Shown here: positions 38,549 to 48,882 of the stretch, piece by piece | Position numbering within the stretch: the stretch's first letter is position 1 | How the letters are laid out: every line of letters begins with the position of its first letter | Source: an uncultured Nitrososphaerota archaeon | GTDB taxonomy: Archaea; Thermoproteota; EX4484-205; JAAOZO01 | DNA length: 64,000 nt | Assembly (NCBI GenBank): GCA_964408285.1 | Contig: CAYOYV010000007.1 | Span: 3,681 to 67,680 of the forward strand | Reading direction: 5' to 3' | Notes under the pieces: model-generated | Database searches by the model: none | What the model was told of the DNA's origin: nothing | What the model saw: the letters and a program-made list of their open reading frames with translations, nothing else | Translations under genes and position numbers: made by a program

Positions 38549-40585
38549 TCACTCGATCTCTGTGTAGGTGATGAGCAGGGATCCAGGAGCACTTTCGATC
38601 GTTACATCTAGCCCCTCGTCGAGATCTCCGAGAAGGAGATTTTGCCTTGAGCTATCTCCTTCAACGATTACACCGTAGAAAGCACCTGAACGAAGACCTT
38701 TCGGTTTCAGTTTCAGAGTCTGGCTAGGGGACTCTGGTCGACGAAAGACAAGGATCATGCCCTGATGGAGATCCTCCCTATGGAACTGATAGGCCATCCA
38801 AGTATTGTCTGCAATGCTGTAAGGCGTTAGAGGATAGAAGTCGCCAAAGAAGAAGTGCCTGATGCGCTTGAAATCCTCTATCAGACGGATTGCTTTCTCC
38901 CTTGGAAAAGATTCTGCAATGTCCACTTGGAATGGAAGGGTCCGTAGTGAAGGGATTTCGGGTTGGAAAGGATTCCAGTCTAAGACCACCCCGCTGTTTA
39001 TCGAACTCCTGAACGAGTAGAGCTCAGGATAGCCGCTGCCGGTGCTAGTTGAAGGCAGGTATAGGCTGATTCCGTAAGTGTGACATTGATATCCATTGGG
39101 CTCGAAGTAATTGTAGTCCGTTCGCCAAAGAGCAACGCTCCTTGAAACGGTTTCCAGGTCTATTCGTCTCCCTCCAGAAGCACAATTGTCTATTATCAGG
39201 TTCGGGTTTCTCGTCAGAAGCTCATCCCAGAGAGTGTAGAGCCCCTCGATGTGTCGAATCTCAGTCATACCCTGTCTGTCAGGTTCGTCTGTAGCCCTCC
39301 AGTACGGAAGAGGGTCCATATTGAAGTCCTGTCGATACACTTCTATTCCTTCGTTCTTTATCATATCCGATATGTGCTGGAACAACCATTTCCTGGCGCC
39401 TTCGTTCCCGAGATTCAGTAATCCATTGGGATTGTCCTGTAATTTCAGCACCCATTCGGGGTGCTCGCGATCCAACCAGGTGCCCTGATGTACACGCTCT
39501 GGCTCGAACCACAGTATTAGGCCCAATCGCATTCTTCTGAGCGCTTCTGATACGGATTTCATCCCCTTCGGGAATCTATTGCGATCGATGAACCAGTTCC
39601 CTACACCATTTGGCCAACCACCTTCAAACCAGCCAGCGTCAATCCAGTGGTACTCCACGCCAAGAGGTGCGAAGCGAGAGGCGAAATCGATCTGATTCTG
39701 CTCGGTGGCCCTGTTCGATTCTTGGTACAGCGAACCAGAACTGCAGGCAAGCATGAGAGTAACGGGTTTGCCATACTTCTTCGGCATGTGATGAGCGAGT
39801 ATGAAGCGCCTGAGGAGATTGTGCCCCTGAATGTGGTCTTGTCCCTTCCAGAAGAGGAGCAAAATGCTAGGAGTTCGAATCTCTTCATTTGGATGAAGCT
39901 TCAGATGAGTCAGCTCCATTCCCGCCGTGATGCGTAGCTCAGTCCCCCTGGTAAAAGAGGTCGCCCATTGACCCGACCAACCTAGAGCCAGCACAACACC
40001 TCCTTCCTCCACGCCCTCAATATTGAAGAATGGCAGGGCTGTTGTATTCGAAGATCTCCCCCCAATTGGTGCAAGCTGTAATTCAAATCCGGGCCTCATT
40101 GCGTCATCGATAGGTGCGAAGTCATTCTTTGCAGCTGAGCTTCCGAGCGCGCGATGAAGGATCGGGTCCTGTCCGTCTCTGCTCCTGAAAGAACAATCGA
40201 GAACCTGTATGCGCTCGACTATGGGGGTGTCCTTGTCTGAGGTGTTCCTCAACTTCATCACCCATTCAATCGCAGGGAAGTCACCAAATAGAAGACAGTC
40301 ACACGAGATTTGCAGCTTCGTCTCTGGGTCGAGATATGTGAAGGTGTGTTGCGTCCGTTGCTGGCTGAGGTTCCTCGATGAATGCTCCTGCTTCCAATCC
40401 TTGATTATCTCCTTGCTTTGCCTTCCGTCATAGATGAATGAGAAAGGGGCCATGTCACTTCTAAAGTGAGAAGACATCCAAGCCTCTGCAAAATTCGCCT
40501 CCAACGCCCACCGATTCCCTCCATATGGTGCAGGAAGGTTTGGAAAAGCTTTTGCCGGGTCGCCATGATGCTGGAGTAGGCTCAC
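38549..40585 (-). CDS. GH36 family alpha-galactosidase-like glycoside hydrolase
   Basis: 'HWIDAGWFEGGW...NWFIDRNRFPKGM...GLILWFEPERV' matches the GH36 'DDGWF...W...FP.Gl...G.kfGlWfEPEmv' pattern. 'DNCASGGRRIDLE' matches the Cys-Ser-Gly-Gly-Arg motif. Confidence 0.6.
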   Translation of the reverse strand: MSLLQHHGDPAKAFPNLPAPYGGNRWALEANFAEAWMSSHFRSDMAPFSFIYDGRQSKEIIKDWKQEHSSRNLSQQRTQHTFTYLDPETKLQISCDCLLFGDFPAIEWVMKLRNTSDKDTPIVERIQVLDCSFRSRDGQDPILHRALGSSAAKNDFAPIDDAMRPGFELQLAPIGGRSSNTTALPFFNIEGVEEGGVVLALGWSGQWATSFTRGTELRITAGMELTHLKLHPNEEIRTPSILLLFWKGQDHIQGHNLLRRFILAHHMPKKYGKPVTLMLACSSGSLYQESNRATEQNQIDFASRFAPLGVEYHWIDAGWFEGGWPNGVGNWFIDRNRFPKGMKSVSEALRRMRLGLILWFEPERVHQGTWLDREHPEWVLKLQDNPNGLLNLGNEGARKWLFQHISDMIKNEGIEVYRQDFNMDPLPYWRATDEPDRQGMTEIRHIEGLYTLWDELLTRNPNLIIDNCASGGRRIDLETVSRSVALWRTDYNYFEPNGYQCHTYGISLYLPSTSTGSGYPELYSFRSSINSGVVLDWNPFQPEIPSLRTLPFQVDIAESFPREKAIRLIEDFKRIRHFFFGDFYPLTPYSIADNTWMAYQFHREDLHQGMILVFRRPESPSQTLKLKPKGLRSGAFYGVIVEGDSSRQNLLLGDLDEGLDVTIESAPGSLLITYTEIE

Positions 40586-40670
40586 ACATGGAAGGGCGAA
40601 TCAGCGCAGTAGAGTATGTTCTTCCTGGTTCTCGGCATTTCGTATCTCTATGTGCGTCTGCTGAACTAGC

Positions 40671-42074
40671 CTAGCTCACGAGCCTCACTTCTGACATTCC
40701 ACGGCCCACTCCTACGCCCCGGAAAGCAAAACCGGCCTTCTTGCATCCCCCTGGATCAAAGACATTCCTGCCGTCAACTATGACAGCAGTAGCGAGGAGT
40801 CCTTTAAGTTGGTTCAGATCGATCTTCCCGTATTGCTTATGATTAGTGACCACAGCTATGCAGTCCTTTCCTCTCATCGCCCCTTCCAAATCGTTCGTCA
40901 GGGCTACTCCCTCGTACTCCTTTACGAAAGGGTCATGAACTATGACCTCCTTGCAGACTCCGGTCAGGAGATTGTAGAGGGGTAGTGCGGGGGTGTTTCT
41001 CGTATCGTCTGAATCATTTATGAAAGCCATACCTAGGATGCAGATTCTTGCATCCTGAATTCTCACTCCTTTTTCGTGCAGGGCTTCCTCAATCAGAGCC
41101 CTCATGTGCTTTGGCATGGAATCATTCAACCTTCTGCTCTCCATCAGTATCTTCGGCGTGAACTCGAAAGAACCGTAGGCATCAAGACCGTATTTCAATA
41201 ACCACGGATCCTTTGGCATACAATGACCTCCGACCCCTGCCCCGGGGACATGCATCATCCTGAGCGGATTTCTAGAGGGATCGGAAGGATCATTAGGAAG
41301 CGAATTCACCAAACGTCTGACCTCGTGCACGTTTACGCCAAGGCTCTCGCAGATCATTGCGATTTCGTTCGCGAATGCGATGTTGACATCCCTGTAGGTA
41401 TTCTCTGTGAGCTTGGCCACTTCCGCAGTCAGGCAGTCGGTTGGGAACAGCTCCGCCTTGACAATGTTCTTGTACAATCCGATTCCGCGTCTAGCACACT
41501 CAGGAGTCAGACCCCCAATCACCCTCGGCATGTAAATCATGTTGTGAAGCAAGCGCCCGACCATGACTCGTTCATAGGAGTAAACGAGATTGAAATCCGC
41601 GCCCGCTTTCATTCCGGAGAGGCCCTCAAGAATTGGTCTTACAACATGATTGGTTGTCCCGGGCGCTACGGTTGACTCGATGACCACTATCGTTCCTTTC
41701 GGCATGTACCTCCCAACCTCCTCAGACACTGCCTTCAGCGAGGAATATTGAGGCACATGATCTGTATCAACGGGTGTCTGAACATCCACTAGGATCGCGT
41801 CGGCCTTTCGGCAAACGGAGAAATCCTCAGTCACCTTGAAGCTGCCCTTCTTCACAGCTTTTTGGATGAGTTCCTCCAGGCCGGGTTCCTCTCCTCCAAT
41901 GGGGGACCTGCCTGTGTTGAGGTAGTCGATCTTCCAGCCAGATCTCTTCGATCTTCTTTGCACCCCAGTGACGTTGAAGTCTTCGACGTTCGCGAAAAGC
42001 GCTGCGGCCGGAATTCCAACGTACCCCATACCTATGACGACGATTTCCAATTTCGTTAATACCTCACGCGCCAC
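40671..42074 (-). CDS. nucleotide-sugar dehydrogenase (UDP-glucose/GDP-mannose dehydrogenase family)
   Basis: 'EIVVIGMGYVGIPAAALFA' is a Rossmann motif. A catalytic Cys context 'GGHCMPKD' lies further along. Confidence 0.8.
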   Translation of the reverse strand: MAREVLTKLEIVVIGMGYVGIPAAALFANVEDFNVTGVQRRSKRSGWKIDYLNTGRSPIGGEEPGLEELIQKAVKKGSFKVTEDFSVCRKADAILVDVQTPVDTDHVPQYSSLKAVSEEVGRYMPKGTIVVIESTVAPGTTNHVVRPILEGLSGMKAGADFNLVYSYERVMVGRLLHNMIYMPRVIGGLTPECARRGIGLYKNIVKAELFPTDCLTAEVAKLTENTYRDVNIAFANEIAMICESLGVNVHEVRRLVNSLPNDPSDPSRNPLRMMHVPGAGVGGHCMPKDPWLLKYGLDAYGSFEFTPKILMESRRLNDSMPKHMRALIEEALHEKGVRIQDARICILGMAFINDSDDTRNTPALPLYNLLTGVCKEVIVHDPFVKEYEGVALTNDLEGAMRGKDCIAVVTNHKQYGKIDLNQLKGLLATAVIVDGRNVFDPGGCKKAGFAFRGVGVGRGMSEVRLVS

Positions 42075-42267
42075 AACTGAAGATTGTGCTTGGCTTTAAA
42101 TCAAACGCCTTCTCGACACAGAATACAGTTACTCGTCTATTGCCCGCGTTCGTTCCTTTTGGCATAACAGTATGTCGTGTGATTTGTTCGCGATAGGTTT
42201 CCCTAGTCAATTCGAGTTGTCACAAGTAATCTTATTACGTCTCATGCAAATCCGAACCGTAAGTTGA

Positions 42268-43254
42268 TTGACCGACGGAATGGATGAATCAAGGGATCTG
42301 CCGGAGCAGGTTGTAAGATCGAGGACTGGTTTTGCAAAACCCGAGCAGCTCGGTGGCCACTCGGTCGCCAGATATGATGATGCGTTCACACTGGAATCCT
42401 GGGGTACCTTCCAGATCACAGTATACTATCCGGCGTTGATCACCGGTGAACCAGCCCTTCCTGAAAGAGCAGCCGCCCCGTGTCCGGCCATAGTATTCTC
42501 TCCCGGTTATGCCGCAACCAAAGATATGTACACTTGGTTTGGCAATCATCTGTCCACTCACGGATACATAATCGTTGTCTTCTCAGCGCCAAAAAGGATG
42601 AGTTACAATCCGCAGCAAAGAGTGGATGGCTTCCTCAGAGCAATAGATTACTTACTGGAGAAAAATGCCGCGAAAGGCAGCCCACTGGAGAATATGATCG
42701 ACACAACGCACATAGGTACGGCTGGACATTCGTTGGGTGCTATGTCAAACCTGATCGTTCTGTCTCAAGATGCAAGGATCCGAGCTGGAGTGGCTCTGTC
42801 TCCAGCCTGTAGATTCGGCACCGGAATCATCTCACGTGCCTCGAATAGGGCAGTATTTGACCGGATAAGAATGGCATGTGATAGGATCAGCGCTCCGATT
42901 CAGATCCAAGTTGGTAGTCTGGATTCGCTGGCTCCTCCCGCGAACGCCTACCTCTGTTACAAATACATCGCGGCATCAAGTAAGCAATACGTGGAGATCA
43001 GTCGTGGCAATCACTTCAATTATGTCGATGAATGGATAACAACGCGGCGCGGCGCATACGCCTTGCGGGGAATGCTGGGCAGAAGAAATGGCGTGAACAT
43101 ACAAGAGCAACATCTAATTGCCAGTAGATATTTCACAGCTTGGTTCAACTATCACCTGAAGGGAGACTCCAACTACCATGGCTATCTATACGGTTCAGAA
43201 GCCAAGAAAGACCTCGAGCAGGGTATTCTGTCAAGGCTTGAATGGAATGGGTAA
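42268..43254 (+). CDS. alpha/beta hydrolase, cutinase/polyesterase (PETase)-like
   Basis: 'YYPA...AIVFSPGY...WFGNHLSTHGYIIV...TAGHSLGAMSNL...VEISRGNHFNYVD' parallels actinobacterial cutinase/PET-hydrolase landmarks (YYP, GHSMGG, 'GASHFAPN'). Confidence 0.5.
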   Translation: MTDGMDESRDLPEQVVRSRTGFAKPEQLGGHSVARYDDAFTLESWGTFQITVYYPALITGEPALPERAAAPCPAIVFSPGYAATKDMYTWFGNHLSTHGYIIVVFSAPKRMSYNPQQRVDGFLRAIDYLLEKNAAKGSPLENMIDTTHIGTAGHSLGAMSNLIVLSQDARIRAGVALSPACRFGTGIISRASNRAVFDRIRMACDRISAPIQIQVGSLDSLAPPANAYLCYKYIAASSKQYVEISRGNHFNYVDEWITTRRGAYALRGMLGRRNGVNIQEQHLIASRYFTAWFNYHLKGDSNYHGYLYGSEAKKDLEQGILSRLEWNG

Positions 43255-43262
43255 TCCTAGTC

Positions 43263-44954
43263 CTACCGGTTTTGGTCCTCCCTGCTTCTTAGTTCCCTTC
43301 TGACAACTTTCCCGAACACATCTTTGGGTAGCTCCTCAACGAATTCCACTTCCTTTGGAATCTTGTAGGGAGCGAGTTTATCGCGGCACCAATCGATCAC
43401 GTCCTGTTTTGTGATGCTTTTGACATAATCGTGTCTTGGCACTATGAAGGCCTTGACAATCTGACCATATTCCGGGAATCTGGCCCCAATACCGACGACG
43501 GCGACTTCTTTTATTGCCTTGTGCTCACTGATAACAGTCTCGACCTCTCCGGGGAATATGGGATATCCTTTGTACTTTATGACATCTGTCTTCCTCTCTA
43601 CCATGTAGAAGTATCCGTCATTATCCACGTAACCTATGTCCTGAGTTCTCAGCCACTTCCTCCCCCCAATATATGCGAAGGCCTTTGGGTACCTGTGCCC
43701 GTCATTCCAATAACCCTTCATCACCTGAGGACCGGACACCAATATTTCCCCCAGCTCGCCGACCTTTGCGAATTCGTCCTCGTCCGGATCAGCTATTGCG
43801 ACCATGACTCCGGGCAGTGGGATCCCAACGGATCCTTTTTTCTCCCTACCTCCAACTGGAATCCCTGTTGCTGGAGTTGCCTCGGTCAGTGCATATCCCT
43901 CTGTGATATCAGCTCCCGTCAGCTGCTTCCATTCATCCTTGAGATTCTGAGGGGTATGGTCAGATCCGCACGCGCATAGCTTCAATGAGGAGAGATCGTA
44001 TTTTCCCCTCTTGATTGGTTCAATAAGTATCCTGAAGAAGGCTGGGACTCCGAATAGCATGCTTATCTTGTACTTCTCTATATATCTGAGCAATTCCTTG
44101 GATTCTGGCCTAGTAATGACCACGAGGGTCTGTCCCATGCTCAGTCCACCTGTCATAATGACATTCTGGCCATACATGTGAGAAAATGGCAGATATGCCA
44201 ACAGGTGTGTGCTTGTATCGAATGCACCTCCTGAGGCCGCCTTCACCTGCGCAATGCTGGCCACAATGTTGTAATGTGTCAGCGATGTTCCCTTGGCTGC
44301 ACCGGTTGTGCCTGAAGTATACAGTATCGATGCAACGTCCTGTCCGGGATCTATGCTGACAGGGGGATACTCAACTGGCTTCCTCTTGACAAGATCCTCG
44401 AAGAAGTAGGGCCGCTCCTTCTTGGGGATATTTGCTCTGGGTACCTTTTTCAATATTATGGATAACGTCCTCGTGAAGCTTGGCATGAAATGCAGGATGT
44501 CCGAAAGGATGACTCTCCGAATTCCAAGCTCATCTATTATGGGCTTGATCTTCTGATAGAGCAGATCGATCATGATGATGCTTTCTGCTCCGGAATCCTC
44601 AAGCTGTCCCCTCACTTCCCTCGGCGAGAACAGGAAGCTGACGGCGGTTGGAATTGCGCCCAGCTTTTGGAGAGCATAGTAAGAAATCACGAATTGTGGA
44701 CAGTTCGGGAGGTAAATCGCCGCAACGGAATTCTTTCTTACCCCCAGATCGTACAGAGCCGATGCCATTTTCTCAATATATGTTCCTAGTTGCTCATAGC
44801 TCATCTTGCTTCCATGATAGATCAATGCGGTCTTGTGGCCGTGGCTTCTGATAGAGGCTTCTATTAGATCGGTTACCGGAATTTGGGGCACCTCAACTTC
44901 GTGGGGAATACCTCGAGGATAATGCTTCAACCATGGCTTCTCTGGATAACTCAT
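43263..44954 (-). CDS. AMP-dependent synthetase/ligase (acyl-CoA synthetase)
   Basis: 'ILYTSGTTGAAKGTSLTH' matches the AMP-binding motif, and 'GYALTEA' lies further along. Confidence 0.8.
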   Translation of the reverse strand: MSYPEKPWLKHYPRGIPHEVEVPQIPVTDLIEASIRSHGHKTALIYHGSKMSYEQLGTYIEKMASALYDLGVRKNSVAAIYLPNCPQFVISYYALQKLGAIPTAVSFLFSPREVRGQLEDSGAESIIMIDLLYQKIKPIIDELGIRRVILSDILHFMPSFTRTLSIILKKVPRANIPKKERPYFFEDLVKRKPVEYPPVSIDPGQDVASILYTSGTTGAAKGTSLTHYNIVASIAQVKAASGGAFDTSTHLLAYLPFSHMYGQNVIMTGGLSMGQTLVVITRPESKELLRYIEKYKISMLFGVPAFFRILIEPIKRGKYDLSSLKLCACGSDHTPQNLKDEWKQLTGADITEGYALTEATPATGIPVGGREKKGSVGIPLPGVMVAIADPDEDEFAKVGELGEILVSGPQVMKGYWNDGHRYPKAFAYIGGRKWLRTQDIGYVDNDGYFYMVERKTDVIKYKGYPIFPGEVETVISEHKAIKEVAVVGIGARFPEYGQIVKAFIVPRHDYVKSITKQDVIDWCRDKLAPYKIPKEVEFVEELPKDVFGKVVRRELRSREDQNR

Positions 44955-44961
44955 GCTGTCG

Positions 44962-46017
44962 TCACCATTCAGAGGGGCTTCCCCATCTCCTCTTGCTGAA
45001 CAGGTAGCAGAGTATCCAAGAGACGATTGCGATGATGATCGTCACGACTATTGCGATTTCGCTTGTAAGTGAGCTAGGCCCTATCAATCTATATGCCAGA
45101 GCGAGTAGCGAGAAATGAAGATAATATATAACGAGAGGCACGCGGCCTACAACTGTCAGAATGGTCAAGTTCACATGTCGATCATCAAGCATCTGAATGA
45201 TCCCAAGCAGAAAAAGAGAAGCGCCTGCGGAGAAGAGTATGGAGTGATAGTAGGCCCATGTGCCGAGGAATAGGGCTAGGATTGTTCCCGCCCCAATCAA
45301 TGGAGGCACGAATATGTACATTAACGTGATTGCTCCGCCAACGAGAACCATCTCCCGCTTCATTTTCTGTCCCTGAACCAAGAGCTTGGTGACAGCGGCG
45401 CCAACGAACATAAGCGGAATTGTCTTCAGTACAGCCCACGTATTCGTGAATAATATGTTCAAGGGGTACCACCCCAGTATGAAGGCGAATGGTTGCGACA
45501 GGATTAAACTCATCAGAAGCGCTATCGCTGTCGCTGAGGCAGTGAGTTGCCTCCACGAAAGACCATGTATGAAAGGAAGGGCCACGATTGCGGTTAGGCC
45601 CAAGGACGCAATTGGGTCGCTTACGTTAATCGCCCGCGACAACATGCGAGAAAAATCCGGCGTCACTCCAAGTATGACGTAAAGAGAAGTTCCCAGGAGA
45701 AACATTTCCGTCAGGATATAAATCACATATCTGAGTACGATGTGAAGTACAACTTCACGAGGACTCCCGGTTTCAAGTCTTCTCATCGAAGAGAGGACCA
45801 GACTTGCGCCCGTTATGAAAAAGAATAAGGGTAGACCGGTTGCTAGCGGATCACCGCGCGTTGCTAACACTGCTTCTGCTGTCTCTAGTTCCTCGTATAA
45901 TCCTGTGAAGAATAGATACAGCCACACGGTATGATAGGGGATCATGAATAAAATGGCAAGCCCCCTCATAGCATCAAGGCACCTAAGACGTTTCATGGGC
46001 ATGGTAGATGCGCGCAC
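44962..46017 (-). CDS. DUF1624/acyltransferase_3-like polytopic membrane protein (HGSNAT-like transmembrane acyltransferase)
   Basis: The N-terminus 'KRLRCLDAMRGLAILFMIPYHT' matches 'R..SlDalRGla...M...H'. The gene lies 7 nt from the ligase gene. Confidence 0.45.
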   Translation of the reverse strand: MRASTMPMKRLRCLDAMRGLAILFMIPYHTVWLYLFFTGLYEELETAEAVLATRGDPLATGLPLFFFITGASLVLSSMRRLETGSPREVVLHIVLRYVIYILTEMFLLGTSLYVILGVTPDFSRMLSRAINVSDPIASLGLTAIVALPFIHGLSWRQLTASATAIALLMSLILSQPFAFILGWYPLNILFTNTWAVLKTIPLMFVGAAVTKLLVQGQKMKREMVLVGGAITLMYIFVPPLIGAGTILALFLGTWAYYHSILFSAGASLFLLGIIQMLDDRHVNLTILTVVGRVPLVIYYLHFSLLALAYRLIGPSSLTSEIAIVVTIIIAIVSWILCYLFSKRRWGSPSEW

Positions 46018-46113
46018 TTGGTGTTGCTTGTCTCATAAATCTTTTAAGCCTTGCTCGGTTCACAGTTGGCAGATTCGAATCTTTAAATCCGAAGAGCGGG
46101 CTGTCCAGTTTGG

Positions 46114-46791
46114 GTGACCACATTCATGCCCTTCAGACTGAGAATGATCCTTGAGCCCAGAATCGCCGCATGGCTTGGAGTCATGTCGCTTCTTTGCGTG
46201 ATTGTGTCTACTGGCATTTCAATCGCTCTTTCTCCGTGGTTCAGTTGGACGCGCAATGCCCTCAGCGACTTGGGAGTTTCGGAAGTGGCTCCTGTTTTCA
46301 ATGTTGGCCTAATCATCACCGGGATTCTACTATCGATCTTCGCGACATCTCTTGCCCTTGTGGAACATGCCAATCGCCTTGGTCTACTTGGTGCAATGGG
46401 ACTGGCCATCCTTGGCCTATCAACTGTAGGAGTTGGGATCTTCTCTGAGGCCTTCATAGTTATGCATATCTTCTTTGCCCTGAGTTGCTTCTTTTCGTTG
46501 ATCTCATCCTCTATCCTGCTTGGCGTGCGTTTCGCCTCGGAAAAGGAGACAAGGACATTGGGTGCGCTGGGGTTGCTGGCAGGGATGCTTGGCATGATTG
46601 TTTGGTCCACCATTAGATTTCCCGGGGTGGCATCCAAGGAGGCACTTGGAGGTCTCCCTTTTATCGTATGGTTCATTCCGCTTAGTCTATGGCTGTACAG
46701 GAAAGGCAACCTACCTTCGCCAAAGGTTACAGGAAGCTCGAGATACGATTCGGGCACCTCCAAATCCTGCGTTCAACCCTTGGAACACTGA
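46114..46791 (+). CDS. DUF998-like polytopic membrane protein (paralogue of 26381..26935)
   Basis: It shares the motif 'SPWFSWTRNALSDLG' with 26381..26935 and has 6 TM helices. Confidence 0.5.
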   Translation: MTTFMPFRLRMILEPRIAAWLGVMSLLCVIVSTGISIALSPWFSWTRNALSDLGVSEVAPVFNVGLIITGILLSIFATSLALVEHANRLGLLGAMGLAILGLSTVGVGIFSEAFIVMHIFFALSCFFSLISSSILLGVRFASEKETRTLGALGLLAGMLGMIVWSTIRFPGVASKEALGGLPFIVWFIPLSLWLYRKGNLPSPKVTGSSRYDSGTSKSCVQPLEH

Positions 46792-46838
46792 AACGTGTCA
46801 AAAACCTTTTATCCAAGACATAGAAATCCCGTTCGAAA

Positions 46839-48005
46839 TTGAACCTAGGGCTTCTTGACCATTTGACCAAGTACTCTATTAGGGATCTCTTCACCCAGCC
46901 GTCTAGGACAATGCTCACGATATTCGGAATAGTGATCGGGATCGCCTTCATGGTATCGCTGTCGAGTCTGGCGGTATCTATGAAGACGGAGATAGAGGGC
47001 AGTGTCGAAACCGTCATGAAGTCCGCAGTCTTCGTCAATGCGCGCAGACTGCAGGGAGCTATTCCCACATATGTCTCGAATACTATTCAGAAAATGGATG
47101 GAGTTGTCTCAGTCATTCCTGTTGTGATAAGCGTTAGCGCTTCAGGAGGAAAAGCGGTCACAGTCGTCGGGATGCCAGTGAATGAAATGCAAGGTTTCAT
47201 ACCAGTCGTCACTGGTAGACTCCCAAACGCAGACAATGCTTCAGAATTCTTGACGACTGAGCCCATAGCCGCAAGCTTCAATCTTGCCATCAACGATACG
47301 TTGAAGGTGACAACTTTGCAGATGATGACATCAACTAATCTGAAGCTCGTTGGCATGACCGAGCTTGTGGGCATTTTCCAGGGACTGGCGGCCGGATCTG
47401 GCATGGTCGCGTTTACTGGAATAAGCGCTGCACAGCAAATGTTCAACATGGAAGGATACGCCACGATTTTCATCGTGAGGATAACAGAACCCAACGTAGC
47501 GCAGGATCTCAAGCAAACGATAGAGGCCACTTTCCCAAAACTCAACGTCATGCTGGAGACGGATCTAGTTAGCAGCGTTGGAAACATAATCACCTCGTTG
47601 GATGCCCTTGTTTTTGCCGTGAGCTTGATAGGACTATCGATTTCTGGTCTGAGCGTGATGAACTCCATAGCCACGAACGTCGTGGAGAAAAGAAGGGAGA
47701 TCGGAGTTCTCAAGTCGATTGGTGCCAAGAACTGGCAGGTATTCTATATATTCATATTTCAGGGTCTGCTGTTTGGAATAGCGGGGGGAATATTGGGAGG
47801 AGGAGTCGGCATTGGCATCACCTACTTGATACTCAACTTCGTCAACAACGTCCTCTCGATAGGAGTAACATTCCCCTTCATTATCGACACGACAACTTAC
47901 TTCAGGGGATTCAGCGTGGCTTTGATCCTAGGGATTCTGGCCAGCATAGTACCCTCTTGGAACGCCACAAGGGTCAGGCCTGTGGAGGCGCTGAGATATG
48001 AGTGA
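46839..48005 (+). CDS. ABC transporter permease, FtsX/MacB-like (4 TM plus large extracytoplasmic loop)
   Basis: The N-terminus is 'SIRDLFTQPSRTMLTIFGIVIGIAFMV'. A ~200-aa extracytoplasmic region is followed by 3 TM helices. The start is TTG. Confidence 0.75.
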   Translation: MNLGLLDHLTKYSIRDLFTQPSRTMLTIFGIVIGIAFMVSLSSLAVSMKTEIEGSVETVMKSAVFVNARRLQGAIPTYVSNTIQKMDGVVSVIPVVISVSASGGKAVTVVGMPVNEMQGFIPVVTGRLPNADNASEFLTTEPIAASFNLAINDTLKVTTLQMMTSTNLKLVGMTELVGIFQGLAAGSGMVAFTGISAAQQMFNMEGYATIFIVRITEPNVAQDLKQTIEATFPKLNVMLETDLVSSVGNIITSLDALVFAVSLIGLSISGLSVMNSIATNVVEKRREIGVLKSIGAKNWQVFYIFIFQGLLFGIAGGILGGGVGIGITYLILNFVNNVLSIGVTFPFIIDTTTYFRGFSVALILGILASIVPSWNATRVRPVEALRYE

Positions 48006-48882
48006 AAACAAACTCATCCAATGCGTGGATCTGATGAAAGTGTACGAGGTAGGAAACAACAAGATCTTCGCGCTTGACGGGATAGATTTCGAAGCAAACC
48101 AGGGAGACCTCATCTCCCTGATGGGACCTTCTGGTTCTGGTAAGTCCACACTACTGCACATGATTGGAACGATAGATAGGCCGACGAGCGGAAGAGTTTG
48201 GATTGACGGAGTGGATGTGACAGAACTCCCGGAGACAAAGCTCTACGAATTCAGAAGGGACAAGATAGGTTTCGTTTTCCAGTTCTTCAATCTTGCAACC
48301 CGTCTGAACGCCATAGAGAACGTGACACTTCCAATGATGCTAGCAGAGAAATACAAGAGAGAGGAAGCTACAGACAAGGCAAAACTGCTATTGAGGCTGA
48401 TAGGGCTGCCAGAGGAGAGGTTCAAGAATACCCCCAGACAGCTCAGTGCAGGCCAGCAGCAAATGGTGGCCATGGCAAGATCACTGGCCAACGATCCTCT
48501 TTTTGTGTTGGCGGATGAGCCAACTGGAAACCTGGACCTGGAGTCGGCGGCAAGATTGATCTCAATGATAAAGTCCCTGAACTCATACATGAAACTGACT
48601 TTCATAATAGTCACCCACAATCCAGAAGTGGCAAGTGTCGCTCCTGTAATCAGATTCATGAGGGGAGGAAAGCTACTGGACAGGCCGCCGGACTCCTATC
48701 TGGCACATCGGGTCGCACGGCAGGACGCTACTTCTTCGCCCGAAAAAGCTGAGCTTTTCAGTGATCTATTCGATTTCGAGCAAGGAGTAACCGAGAGAAG
48801 GTACTTGAATGGTGACTTAGGTGATGTGGAGTTCGAAAGGCAGATGAACAGGATAGAGGAGATAAGGCGACATATACGATGA
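47998..48882 (+). CDS. ABC transporter ATP-binding protein (MacB/LolD/FtsE-like) with ~70-aa C-terminal extension
   Basis: It carries the Walker A 'GPSGSGKST', the signature 'LSAGQQQ' and the Walker B 'LVLADEPT'. It overlaps the permease gene by 8 nt. Confidence 0.8.
   Translation: MSENKLIQCVDLMKVYEVGNNKIFALDGIDFEANQGDLISLMGPSGSGKSTLLHMIGTIDRPTSGRVWIDGVDVTELPETKLYEFRRDKIGFVFQFFNLATRLNAIENVTLPMMLAEKYKREEATDKAKLLLRLIGLPEERFKNTPRQLSAGQQQMVAMARSLANDPLFVLADEPTGNLDLESAARLISMIKSLNSYMKLTFIIVTHNPEVASVAPVIRFMRGGKLLDRPPDSYLAHRVARQDATSSPEKAELFSDLFDFEQGVTERRYLNGDLGDVEFERQMNRIEEIRRHIR

Noticed and set aside
46083-46763. 226-aa ORF on the minus strand, fully antisense to the DUF998-like gene
   Set aside because: The plus-strand frame has a clean 6-TM profile and a motif conserved with its paralogue at 26381..26935. 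The antisense ORF is Arg/Pro/Ser-rich with low-complexity composition, typical of shadow ORFs.
47087-47728. 213-aa antisense ORF inside the FtsX-like permease gene
   Set aside because: The sense frame carries the recognisable FtsX topology and is translationally coupled to the ATPase gene. The antisense ORF has no features.
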